From NCBI GenBank assembly GCA_963662545.2, contig CAXXLL010000002.1:1248001-1312000 (forward strand): a stretch of DNA of 64,000 nucleotides, in the 5' to 3' direction. The notes beneath the pieces were generated by a model. The model saw only the letters and a program-made list of their open reading frames with translations, made no database searches and was not told where the DNA came from. Made by a program: the position numbers and the translations under genes. Numbering within the stretch: position 1 is the stretch's first letter; the number at the start of each line of letters is the position of its first letter. The DNA is from Gammaproteobacteria bacterium (lineage in GTDB: Bacteria > Pseudomonadota > Gammaproteobacteria > Ga0077536). This document shows positions 53,416 to 62,696 of this stretch, piece after piece.

Positions 53416-55029
53416 TTACCGGCCTTCGACGATGAATGCGCCGTTGATGGAGAAGGGTGGATAGGAAGGTTGGGACGTGTTGCCCTGAAATGCTCCGGTC
53501 ACGGCCCCGGCGGCCACGCCATTGATCGCAAGGCCGGCCGGCCCGAAGACCGTCGTGCCAAACATTGTACAGCCACTGTTACACATGCCGCCGGCGCCGG
53601 CGGCGATATCGGGCGCGGACCCGGCGGGTACCGTGATCGAGCTTGCGCCCGAATTGAAGAAGAGAAACCCGTTATTGATTTTATTTGTAGTAGGCATGAA
53701 CGACTGCAGTTTGAAATGGGAGCCGCTCGGGAAGGTGCCGGGATCCGGGTTGTCCGGATGGGCGAGGCCGGGCGGTGCCACTTCGACCAGGAAGTTGTCG
53801 ATGTTGCCGCCGTTCGTGTAATCGACTTCAATGCGGACGTAGGTGCGGACGTTCGCGACTTCCGTCAGGGTGTTCGAGCCGGCAGTGAGAGCCGCCAGGG
53901 TGCCGCCGATGTCCTGGTCATAGATCAACTGGACGCCCACCGGCAATTCGTTATCGGGCGTCGGTTCCGTCGACGCGATCCAGGTGAAGTGCCCGACCGA
54001 TTGCACGATGGCCCCGAAGAAATCAGTCACTGTCCAAAGGTTGATCACGCGGCCCCATTCGGTGGCATAAGTATTATTGAAGGTAGAGCCATCCGGCGCG
54101 GGGTCGACCACCTCCATACCGCTGTTGCTCGTAAACACACAGGTTTCACACGGGAACCCCGTGAACCACTCGAAAAAATCCAGTGAGCCGAAGGTCGCGG
54201 TATTCAACATACCGTCCGTTTCCTCGCCGTCCGCCAGGCTGTTGAGATTCATCCCGGTGTCGATGAAGGGAAACGCAACGCTGATGTGGGTGCCATCCGG
54301 CGCCGGACCCGCGGGAATCGGTCCTTCGGCGGTTTCCAGCGGTACCTCGCCGCTTTCGAAATCCCGCTGTTCTTCCTCGGGGTCGTAATAGGTCAGGTCT
54401 TCCTGATCACCCGCGCCGTCGACCGGCAGGCATGGCGAGTTGCAGATGTATTCGCCGGGACCAAGGTCGGACTCTAGGCCGGTGTCCGGATCGGTGGCGG
54501 TGAATCCGCCGAAGTCGACGTTGATACGCAAACTATCCGGCGTGAGGTAGCGGAAATAACCGCCGCTGCCGCGGATGCCGATGGTGGCGACCGAGGTCCG
54601 CAGACGCCAGCCCGAGCGGTTGGAGCGGGCGATCGCGCCAGTGACCAGGCGCACGCCGCCGCGGACGAGGTTGAAGAAACTGCGGCTGCGGCTGGGCGCG
54701 GCGTCGTCGTAGCTGTAATCCTCGAAGGCGTATTCCGTTTGGGGGTTGAGCGCGATGAAACTGCCGTCGGTCAGTTTGAGCTGTGCACGGCCCTTGCCGG
54801 TGACGACGGTGTCGCCGGAGGCGATGAAATCCCCACGCTTCACGGAGCGCCGGCTGCCGCTGGCATCGGTGGCGCTGACATCGCCGATGGCGTAGATGAT
54901 CTTGGCCGCATGTGAAGCCGCGACGGCGGAGGCCGGGGCCAGCGCCGCAGCGAAAAGAAAGAGTACGGCAGCGGCCGTCGAAGTCAGGAAAGCCGGAGCC
55001 CTGAAGGAAGTCGAGTTGTCAGAAGTCAT
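53416..55029 (-). CDS. Exported FecR-domain protein with beta-rich C-terminal domain
   Basis: Signal peptide; GDV.A..G..R.V.RG..I.SGD.V.T..GRAQL..TDG, L.RGG.R.VTG.I, TSVATIGIRG; acidic linker; C-terminus ..GAVTGAF..SINGAFIVEGR. Confidence 0.82.
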   Translation of the reverse strand: MTSDNSTSFRAPAFLTSTAAAVLFLFAAALAPASAVAASHAAKIIYAIGDVSATDASGSRRSVKRGDFIASGDTVVTGKGRAQLKLTDGSFIALNPQTEYAFEDYSYDDAAPSRSRSFFNLVRGGVRLVTGAIARSNRSGWRLRTSVATIGIRGSGGYFRYLTPDSLRINVDFGGFTATDPDTGLESDLGPGEYICNSPCLPVDGAGDQEDLTYYDPEEEQRDFESGEVPLETAEGPIPAGPAPDGTHISVAFPFIDTGMNLNSLADGEETDGMLNTATFGSLDFFEWFTGFPCETCVFTSNSGMEVVDPAPDGSTFNNTYATEWGRVINLWTVTDFFGAIVQSVGHFTWIASTEPTPDNELPVGVQLIYDQDIGGTLAALTAGSNTLTEVANVRTYVRIEVDYTNGGNIDNFLVEVAPPGLAHPDNPDPGTFPSGSHFKLQSFMPTTNKINNGFLFFNSGASSITVPAGSAPDIAAGAGGMCNSGCTMFGTTVFGPAGLAINGVAAGAVTGAFQGNTSQPSYPPFSINGAFIVEGR

Positions 55030-56383
55030 TGCGTATGGTCACCATGAATTCCACGCGGTCGAAATCGTTGACGATGATGTTCGAGTCGTTGTTGGTATAA
55101 CTGAGGTGCGGTGTCAGGCTCCAGTTACCGTCGAAGCGGTAGCGGTAGCCGATGTTCACATCGAAAAAGTCGTCGTCACGCCTGCTGCCGAAAATCGGAT
55201 CGTCGGCGTTGTAGTCGCTCGCCTGGTAGGTCACGGAACCGAACAGGGAACCGCGCGGGCCGAGCAGCCGACGCCCGCCGATCCGAACACCGAAAAATTC
55301 GCGATCGAAATGCTTGCCGCAACCACAGGCCAGGCCGGTGCGGGCGCGATCGTTCTGTGAATTTTCGACCCCGCCGAAAGCGCTCGCGAAAATGACCGGG
55401 CTACCGGCCATCTGCGGCATTGCATGTGCCACGCCGACGCCGCCCGAGTAGCGGTTGACGTTGCGTACTTGCTGTTCGGGGTAGCGAATCAGGGCGGCCT
55501 GGTCGAACAGGCTGACCTGGGTATTGTCGTTGTAGATGTGCCGCCACTGCAGCACCGCGGCACCGAGTTGACGGTCACTGTTGGAAATGCCGGGACCATC
55601 GACGAAGTATTTTTCGCCCTGGACAATGAGGCTGTACTGATTCTGATCACGCGTCAGTTGAAAACCGGTGTGACCCCTGGCATGGGTGGTGGTGAAATCA
55701 CTATCGCGCAGCGCGATGCTGTAGTTGAAGTCGATGCCGCCGACCAGGCGCAGATCCGGCTGCAAGGGTGAAGTGAACGAAAAACCCGCACCGATATCCC
55801 ACTTGGTGCTGTCCAGTTCGCGCGAATCGTTGGCGAGTGCGAACACTAGGCCGCCCGCGGCTGGTGAAGCGGTGACCGCACCGCGATCAGTGGCATTATT
55901 GACGTTGGTATCGAAGCCGAGGCCCGTCGTCACGTAGCGGGCGAAAGAAGTGCGGTAGGCGCCGTGATACTGATCGATGGCAGCGAGGTAGCTCTCCATT
56001 ACCCGCCTGACCCCGTCCGGCGGATCTTGTTTCTTTACTATTTCGAGTTCGCGCCGGGCCGCGTCGGTCTCGTTCGCGCGCATCAATGCACGGCCGAGTT
56101 CGGCGCGCGCCGGTCCGTGATTCGGGTCCTGATCGACAACGCGTTGTAGCGCGAAGATGGCCTCGGTATTGCGCCCGCTGTCCAATGCGGCGAGACCGAG
56201 CAGATAGTCGAACGCCGGATTGCCGGCTTCGTCATCTTCCATGGGTTTCAGCAGGTCGTAAGCCTGCTGCGCCTGGCCCGCGTCGAGCAGCGATTTGGCT
56301 TCGCGCAGCGCGGAATCTTCAGCGGCGCCAGCGGCGAAAGACAGAAAAAGGGTTAACAGGAGACAGAACCTGAAACGATTCAC
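55019..56383 (-). CDS. TPR + outer-membrane beta-barrel protein (Slam/DUF560, T11SS-like)
   Basis: Signal peptide, TPR (YLLGLAALDSG...ARAELGRAL), GFDTNVN motif, alternating beta strands, RDD, N.SNI..F.R and terminal Phe. Confidence 0.82.
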   Translation of the reverse strand: MNRFRFCLLLTLFLSFAAGAAEDSALREAKSLLDAGQAQQAYDLLKPMEDDEAGNPAFDYLLGLAALDSGRNTEAIFALQRVVDQDPNHGPARAELGRALMRANETDAARRELEIVKKQDPPDGVRRVMESYLAAIDQYHGAYRTSFARYVTTGLGFDTNVNNATDRGAVTASPAAGGLVFALANDSRELDSTKWDIGAGFSFTSPLQPDLRLVGGIDFNYSIALRDSDFTTTHARGHTGFQLTRDQNQYSLIVQGEKYFVDGPGISNSDRQLGAAVLQWRHIYNDNTQVSLFDQAALIRYPEQQVRNVNRYSGGVGVAHAMPQMAGSPVIFASAFGGVENSQNDRARTGLACGCGKHFDREFFGVRIGGRRLLGPRGSLFGSVTYQASDYNADDPIFGSRRDDDFFDVNIGYRYRFDGNWSLTPHLSYTNNDSNIIVNDFDRVEFMVTIRNDF

Positions 56384-56605
56384 GCAAGCACCCGTGAGTT
56401 GTTTTTATCGTCGATGCAACGTTTTGACACGATTCGATGTCAGGGACTATGACTAAAACACCACAAAAGAGGGTGAACGAGGACCATTCCCGCAACCAAT
56501 TTTGGCTGCCGCTTCCCTGAGATGCCAGAGCGCGGACGATTTGTACTGGAGCCCGGGCGCGGTCAATATCTCGGGGCCACGCTCAATACCCAGGAGTTCA
56601 CGATT

Positions 56606-57499
56606 ATGACCGACGCCTACCGGACCCCGGACGAACGCTTTGCGGACCTGCCGGATTTCGACTTCGAACCCCGCTATATCGATGATTTACCGGGCCACGA
56701 CGGCCTGCGCATGCACTATCTCGACGAGGGGCCGGACGGCGCGGATCAGGTGTTTCTGTGTCTGCACGGCGAGCCGACCTGGAGCTTCCTCTACCGTAAG
56801 ATGCTGCCGGTCTTTGTTGCGGCCGGCGGCCGCGTCGTTGCGCCCGATCTGTTCGGATTCGGCCGATCCGACAAGCCGGCCGATGGCGTCTACAGTTTCG
56901 AGTTCCATCGCCGTAGCCTGCTGGCGCTCGTCGAGCGGCTGAACCTGTCCCAGATCACCATCGTCTGCCAGGACTGGGGCGGCCTGCTCGGCCTGACCCT
57001 GCCGCTCGACATCGCCGATCGCGTCACCCGCCTGATCGCCATGAACACCATCCTGTGTACCGGCGAAATGCCGCTGCCCGACGCTTTCTTCGCGTGGAAG
57101 CAGTGGGCCGCGGATCACCCGGACATGGATGTCGCCGAGGCCATGGGCTTTATCGACGACACGCTGCCCAAGGCGACCCGTGAGGCCTACCGCGCGCCGT
57201 TCCCGAACGAACGCAGCAAGGCCGGAGCGCGAGCTTTTCCAGAACTCGTGCCCACGGAAATGGAGTCGCCGGGCGCGGACATATCGCGCCGGGCACGGGA
57301 CTGGTGGCAATCCGAATGGCGCGGCCAGGCCCTGGTCGCCTGCGGAATGCACGATCAGATCCTGAGCCTGCCCGTGATGCAGCTCCTGGCGAGCTGGATC
57401 AAGGACTGTCCGCCGGTATTCGAGGTCGCGGAGGCAGGGCACTTCGTGCAGGAACGCGGAGAGGTCGTGGCGGAAAAGGCGCTTGATATGTTTGGATAG
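56606..57499 (+). CDS. Haloalkane dehalogenase
   Basis: RTPDERF..LP, LRMHYLDEG, LCLHGEPTWSFLYRKM, CQDWGG, AYRAPFP, AGHFVQE; AGGAG RBS. Confidence 0.92.
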   Translation: MTDAYRTPDERFADLPDFDFEPRYIDDLPGHDGLRMHYLDEGPDGADQVFLCLHGEPTWSFLYRKMLPVFVAAGGRVVAPDLFGFGRSDKPADGVYSFEFHRRSLLALVERLNLSQITIVCQDWGGLLGLTLPLDIADRVTRLIAMNTILCTGEMPLPDAFFAWKQWAADHPDMDVAEAMGFIDDTLPKATREAYRAPFPNERSKAGARAFPELVPTEMESPGADISRRARDWWQSEWRGQALVACGMHDQILSLPVMQLLASWIKDCPPVFEVAEAGHFVQERGEVVAEKALDMFG

Positions 57500-57565
57500 C
57501 GCGAGGCTCGCGGGGATTTTCCGGGCGAATTAATTCGTCGTCGTCGTCTCGTCGAGCTCGACCCG

Positions 57566-58351
57566 TCAAGCGCGCGCCGTCGAACCGCCGTCCACGGCGA
57601 GGATCGTCCCCGTGCAATACGATGCTTCATCGGACGCGAGATACAAACAGGCGTAAGCGACTTCCTCAGGCGTTGCGGGCCGGCCCATCGGCGCGATCAG
57701 CTTGGGATTTTCCGGCGGGAACAACTGGTCCAGGACGATTTCGACCATCTGCGTTTTAACGAAACCGGGTGCTACCGAATTGACCCGAATGTTGTCGTCG
57801 ACGTAGGCCACCGACATCGATTTCGTCAGGTTGATGCTCGCGCCTTTGCCCGCCGTGTAGGTGTGCGCATCGGGCGCGCCGCCCATGCCGAATATACTCG
57901 AGACGATGACGATGGATCCCTGCTGCTGCTTCTTCATCTGCTGGATGACGAGGCGGCAGACGTAGAACAGGCTGTCGAGATTAAGAGCCATCACTTCCCG
58001 CCATTTGTCGATGGGGGTCGTGTCGACCGGGTTCATCGAGCCGATGCTCGTTTCTTTGAGGCTGTAGCCGACGCCGGCCGCGTTGAGCAGGATGTCGATG
58101 CGGCCGTAGGTGTCTATCATCTGTTTAACAGACGTTTCGGCGCCTTCCGGATCGGATAGATCGGCACTGAAGACGCTGCCCGTGCCGCCTTCCGCTTCTA
58201 CTAACTTCACGGTTTCGTCGAGATTGGCCTGGGTACGCGATACGCCGAAAACCTCGGCGCCTTCTTTGGCAAACAGGATCATGCAGGCGCGACCGATGCC
58301 GGTACCGGCGCCGGTAATCAGCGCTGTTTTTCCTTCCAGACGTTCCATCAT
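57566..58351 (-). CDS. SDR-family NAD(P)-dependent oxidoreductase
   Basis: TGAGTGIG, NAAG, YTAGK (YxxxK), IRVNSVAPG, VDGG. Confidence 0.95.
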   Translation of the reverse strand: MMERLEGKTALITGAGTGIGRACMILFAKEGAEVFGVSRTQANLDETVKLVEAEGGTGSVFSADLSDPEGAETSVKQMIDTYGRIDILLNAAGVGYSLKETSIGSMNPVDTTPIDKWREVMALNLDSLFYVCRLVIQQMKKQQQGSIVIVSSIFGMGGAPDAHTYTAGKGASINLTKSMSVAYVDDNIRVNSVAPGFVKTQMVEIVLDQLFPPENPKLIAPMGRPATPEEVAYACLYLASDEASYCTGTILAVDGGSTARA

Positions 58352-58413
58352 TCAATCTCCATTAGTTTTTGGTTCGTAGCGCCGATCGGATCTGTCGCAC
58401 CCGTAGCGCTTCG

Positions 58414-59019
58414 CTATTCTTCGCGTTGGCGTCCGAGCAGGCGCAGCAGATCTTCGTGCAATTCGAACCACACCGTGTGATAGCTCTCGATGCGTGCGTC
58501 GCTGACCCATTCGACCTTGCCGTCCGCGGCCTTTTCCAGGGCCGCGAGCAGCTTGATCTTGTAGCTGCCGAAGCGCGCGTGGCGCTCGATCATGCGATCG
58601 AGTATCGCTTCGAAACGTTCGTGCAGATCGCCAAGACGGTCGATGAGCTTGTCGTCGTACTCCGAGTTGGAATGATCGTTGGCGACCTTCTTGCCGCCGA
58701 CATCCATCGTCTGCCAATTGGTAATCAACTGCTTGAGATCGGTGTTGATGCGCTCGAATTGACCGTAGGCCTCGATGAATTGGGCATCGCAGCGCAGGTC
58801 GTCCCAGAACCGGGAGTATTCGCTCATGAGTATCATCTGGCCCGCAGGTGACAGCAGGAACTTGCCGTCGGTGCTGATGACCCTACCCTTGGCCTCGGCT
58901 TCGGCAAGCACCTCGCTGACGAGTGGGACGGGCAGGCCGGATACACTCGCGACATCCGCGGCGCTGCCGTGTTTCTTGATAGCGACACCATGCATGACCT
59001 GATGGAGGTTGCTGATCAC
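58414..59019 (-). CDS. Winged-helix protein resembling mycobacterial Rv1126c
   Basis: N-terminal wHTH-like segment; AY..F..IN..LK.L.T.WQ, NDH...YD, Y..KL.AAL.K, SYHTVWFELHEDL recalled from the Rv1126c family. Confidence 0.75.
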   Translation of the reverse strand: MISNLHQVMHGVAIKKHGSAADVASVSGLPVPLVSEVLAEAEAKGRVISTDGKFLLSPAGQMILMSEYSRFWDDLRCDAQFIEAYGQFERINTDLKQLITNWQTMDVGGKKVANDHSNSEYDDKLIDRLGDLHERFEAILDRMIERHARFGSYKIKLLAALEKAADGKVEWVSDARIESYHTVWFELHEDLLRLLGRQREE

Positions 59020-59086
59020 GGACTTCTCCTATTTCCCCAAGGAATTATGATCGCTTTTTCGGGCATCGCCCGCGCGGTCTTCGATC

Positions 59087-60637
59087 TCAACCCTTTTCGC
59101 GAAGCGTTTCCACGTCCGCCCGTCTCAGACCCGCCCCTTTGCTTCTCAACAGGCGCGATTCGCGCTGCTCGATCGAGAACAATTCGTCCGCCAGCGGGGT
59201 GTCGTAGTGGTACTTGACCCAGTCGGCGCACAGAAAACGGTAGGGCTCACGGCAGGTGCTCGGCACGAATTCGCGCGCTTGGCGATTGTATTCGTCCTGC
59301 GTCAGGATCCCCTGCGAGGTGCGGTAGCGATCATTCTTCCGCGGCAGATAACTGTCGCCGGGACGCATCGGCCCGACCGCGGCGGTGTAGTCGCCGTCGT
59401 TCAGGATCGAATAGGGCAGGTAGCTCAAAGCCCGCGCCGGGATGTCGTTGTGCTGCATCATGGTGTAGTCGTGCAGGACCTGTGAAGGCGTGCTGATGTA
59501 ACCGACCAGTTCACCCAGGAAGAGATTGCCGTACTCGTCGTTGAGCAGTGGGCGGAAGCGCTCCGTACGTTCGTCGATCAGCATCCAGTCCTCCATCTCG
59601 TAGACGCCGGCGATGTGGGCGAATTCCTTGCCCACGCCGTAATAGGTGAGAGCGCCTGCGTCGAGTAGCTGATCACGCGACCATCCCGCCATTTCCGCCC
59701 ACAGTTTCTTGGTCGCGGTCTTGATGATCTCGGTGAGTTCCTGGAAGGTCTCCGCCAGCTCCTGCTTGCTGCCCATCCCGACGGGAAGGTGCCCGTCGGT
59801 CAGGTAATCCGCGGTGTAGAGCCCCACCGCCACCATGTGTTCCGATTTCATTTCGGGTTCGGATTCGAAAGAACCCCAATCGTCCAGCAGGTTGATGTGG
59901 CAATCCTCGAGGATCATGCTGACCGTGAGGTTGTTGTACGGAATGTCCTGACCCACGCCGTCCAGCCAGGGATAGTCCGATTCGGCCAATTCACGGTAAT
60001 CGCGGACCAGCATCTCGCGGTTGTCAGCGATCTTGTAGGGCCCGTGATTATGTGTCGTGAGGCGGCTTTCACAGGACACCAGGAAGCCGTACTGCGCGAT
60101 GGTCGCCATGAAGGCCTGCGCCGCCGTGTGCAGGGTATCGCCCGGGCGGCATTCGTAAGCGTCGGCATGAAAGACCTGCAGGCGCTGCTCGGGCATGATC
60201 TGCGCCCGGTGATCAGCCTGCCGATTGGTGATGTTGCCGTTATTTCGGTGCCAGGAAAGCTGGAAGCGCTTCCAGAAATCGAGCACGTAGACGACATCCT
60301 CAACCGCGTCGGTTGGGCGGATCATGCCCCAGTTGATGAGCATTTCCCGTCCGAGAAGATAGAAGCAGGGGATCGTCCAGGCCACGATCTTGATGCCTTG
60401 ATTGCGCGCGCGATCGCCGATTTCCTCGGCGGCCATGCGCTCTTCCATTTTTTTCATCAGGGCCGGGTAGCGGTAGAAACAGTTGAGGTAGGAAAACAGG
60501 ATGTAAGCCGACACTGGAAATATTTTCGACTCCTGCACGGTGCGCGTCGCGCACAGCCAATAGGTTTCGTCCGCGTTCTGCTGGATGAGATTATTGGTTT
60601 CCAATAACTGGGCGTAGTTGATTTCGATATCGGACAT
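59087..60637 (-). CDS. Hypothetical protein (516 aa)
   Basis: Long ORF with host-like codon usage, ATG 60637 after CAGGAAG, in operon context; no motif recognised. Confidence 0.85.
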   Translation of the reverse strand: MSDIEINYAQLLETNNLIQQNADETYWLCATRTVQESKIFPVSAYILFSYLNCFYRYPALMKKMEERMAAEEIGDRARNQGIKIVAWTIPCFYLLGREMLINWGMIRPTDAVEDVVYVLDFWKRFQLSWHRNNGNITNRQADHRAQIMPEQRLQVFHADAYECRPGDTLHTAAQAFMATIAQYGFLVSCESRLTTHNHGPYKIADNREMLVRDYRELAESDYPWLDGVGQDIPYNNLTVSMILEDCHINLLDDWGSFESEPEMKSEHMVAVGLYTADYLTDGHLPVGMGSKQELAETFQELTEIIKTATKKLWAEMAGWSRDQLLDAGALTYYGVGKEFAHIAGVYEMEDWMLIDERTERFRPLLNDEYGNLFLGELVGYISTPSQVLHDYTMMQHNDIPARALSYLPYSILNDGDYTAAVGPMRPGDSYLPRKNDRYRTSQGILTQDEYNRQAREFVPSTCREPYRFLCADWVKYHYDTPLADELFSIEQRESRLLRSKGAGLRRADVETLREKG

Positions 60638-60701
60638 GAACCTGCTTCCTGCTGAATGTTGAGATAGACGACGGAGTGAGGGTTGCTTGGATCGCCCGGT
60701 G

Positions 60702-61439
60702 TCAGGATTTCCCGGTCCGCCAGACACGCGCCGACGCTTCGACGCCGCTTTGATAGTCGTCGGTCGTCTTGGCCTTGGCAGACGTTTCAATTTCCAGTAT
60801 GTCGCCGTCCTTGATACCGCTGAGCCGCGAGTTCATTAAACACGGAATGCCATATTCACGCGTGAGGATGGCGAGGTGCGAGCGCGTGGTGCCGCCGGCG
60901 CAGAGCACGCCCTTGAACTTTTCCAGTATCGGTGCCGTCAGGGTTCCACCGGAGTCGTCGATGATCGCAATGGTATCGGCCGGCACGCCGCTGGTCAGAT
61001 ATTCGAGGACCTTGTCGCTGGTCCTGACATGACGCGCGATGCCGGTCAAATCGTTCGGATAGGTGACGACGTTGTCACCGGCGCCGCGTAATTCGCGGCC
61101 GTCGGCATCGGTCTTTGCGGTCGGCGCCTCGGGATGCTCGAAACTGAAATCTTCGACGTAGAGTCCCGAATCCTTATAAGCTTCGGGCCGTTCGACCGAC
61201 GACGACATGGCGGAGGGTTCGAAACGGTAGCCGTTGTCCAGCAACTGCCGTTCGATGCGTGCGATGTCGTCCTTGGTAATCATCTCGTAGGCCTTGTCCG
61301 CCACGAATTCGCTCCACTCACAGGCAGCTTCGGCGAAGCGCCGTCTTACCAGGTCTTTGACGGCCGCGTTGTACGCTTCCGCGATCGGAAAGTCTGACTG
61401 ATATCCATATTTGTCAGAATCCACATACAGTCTGGTCAT
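60702..61439 (-). CDS. Stand-alone PEP-utilizing enzyme mobile (phospho-His) domain protein
   Basis: IAIIDDSGGTLTAPIL..FKGVLCAGGTTRSHLAILTREYGIPCLM matches the GGxxSHxAIxxRExGIP signature; AGGGAG RBS. Confidence 0.88.
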   Translation of the reverse strand: MTRLYVDSDKYGYQSDFPIAEAYNAAVKDLVRRRFAEAACEWSEFVADKAYEMITKDDIARIERQLLDNGYRFEPSAMSSSVERPEAYKDSGLYVEDFSFEHPEAPTAKTDADGRELRGAGDNVVTYPNDLTGIARHVRTSDKVLEYLTSGVPADTIAIIDDSGGTLTAPILEKFKGVLCAGGTTRSHLAILTREYGIPCLMNSRLSGIKDGDILEIETSAKAKTTDDYQSGVEASARVWRTGKS

Positions 61440-61530
61440 GGTGTCTCCCTTAGCGGTCGTTTGCGATTGAACCCGCGGTTGGCCGAAACCTTAGCCACGC
61501 AGCCGTTTCGAACGACGATATCATTTTTTT

Positions 61531-61597
61531 ATTCGCCCGCAAGCGAGCTCCTACGGGGCGACGCCATGCTCCCTTAGGAGCCGGCTTGCGGGCGAAT
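61531..61597. repeat. GTAG-type REP doublet
   Basis: ATTCGCCCGCAAGCGAGCTCCTAC ... TAGGAGCCGGCTTGCGGGCGAAT. Confidence 0.88.
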
Positions 61598-61610
61598 TCG
61601 GAACGGCAGG

Positions 61611-62618
61611 CTAGTGCGTGAATTCGTCTCGCAACCGCGCCAGCTCGGCATCGCCGAGCGCACAGGCCTGCCGCAGGAATTCCTCGCCCGACCCGAACTT
61701 CTCGTCAATGATAGCGAAAGCCGACTCCAAATATGATGCTCGGGTTTCCAAAAGCGGCATCACCAGGCGGCTGGCCGCCTCGCCGGTCGCCTTAACCGCG
61801 TATTTCTCGAATACGCGGTCCAATTCGGACGCCGCAGGGAAATAGGTTTTCGACAACATGAAGTCGTAGAAAATCGTCTCGCGCGGAACATTCAAGGCGA
61901 TGAGCAGCAGCGCAGCACCGACGCCGGTGCGTTCCTTGCCGGCCGAACAGTTGATGAGGACCTTGCCGCCGCGCTGCGTCAGCAGAATCTCGAACAGCCT
62001 CGCATAGCGTGGGGCCGCATCCACAATCAGCGACTGCATCACTTCGTGCATGGCGGCGACCACGGCCTGCGGGTCGGTCGTGGACGCAAATAGGCGGTGG
62101 AAAAAAAAGCGATCCCTGACCCCCGGCGGAACCGCGAGGATTTCGACGACGGGATCGTTCGGCAGGACGGCGTTTTCCTGCTCGAGTTCTGCGCCTGTGC
62201 GGAAATCGCACACGGTTTGAATATCGAGCGATCCCAAATAACGCTTGTCGTCTTCGGTCAGTCTGGACAGGTGGCCGGAGCGGAACAGGCGGCCCCAGTC
62301 GACGCGGCGTCCGTCCCGCGTTTCGTAGCCGCCGAGATCCCGGAAATTGATGCCCCCCGCGAGGGGCAGGGCGCGCTCTGCGACGGTGATGCCGTTGCCC
62401 GCGGCCGGCTGCAGGCGGAAGTAATGACGAACTCCCGATTCAAGGCGCGGAATGTCGGCCTGTCCGTGGGCGTTGTCGACGAGGGGCGTCGTGAGATCAA
62501 TGCCGGCCGGTGAAGAACCGGCATAGACCGTGACCGGTTGATCGTGGAAGCATCCATGCCACCGGATGCGATAGCCGTCGCCGGTGACTTCGACTTGAAT
62601 CGACTGCAGAACATCCAT
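61611..62618 (-). CDS. Cys-based (tyrosine/dual-specificity, IphP/MptpB-like) phosphatase
   Basis: NFRDLGGY, LFRSG.L, DFR...E, P-loop NCSAGKERTG, DF.LS. Confidence 0.92.
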   Translation of the reverse strand: MDVLQSIQVEVTGDGYRIRWHGCFHDQPVTVYAGSSPAGIDLTTPLVDNAHGQADIPRLESGVRHYFRLQPAAGNGITVAERALPLAGGINFRDLGGYETRDGRRVDWGRLFRSGHLSRLTEDDKRYLGSLDIQTVCDFRTGAELEQENAVLPNDPVVEILAVPPGVRDRFFFHRLFASTTDPQAVVAAMHEVMQSLIVDAAPRYARLFEILLTQRGGKVLINCSAGKERTGVGAALLLIALNVPRETIFYDFMLSKTYFPAASELDRVFEKYAVKATGEAASRLVMPLLETRASYLESAFAIIDEKFGSGEEFLRQACALGDAELARLRDEFTH

Positions 62619-62696
62619 TGTATCGCCTGAATCCAAGGCGCATCTGTTCTCGTTCCGCCATCCGCCTCGCTGCGATCGCCTAAGTCCGACCCGCTC

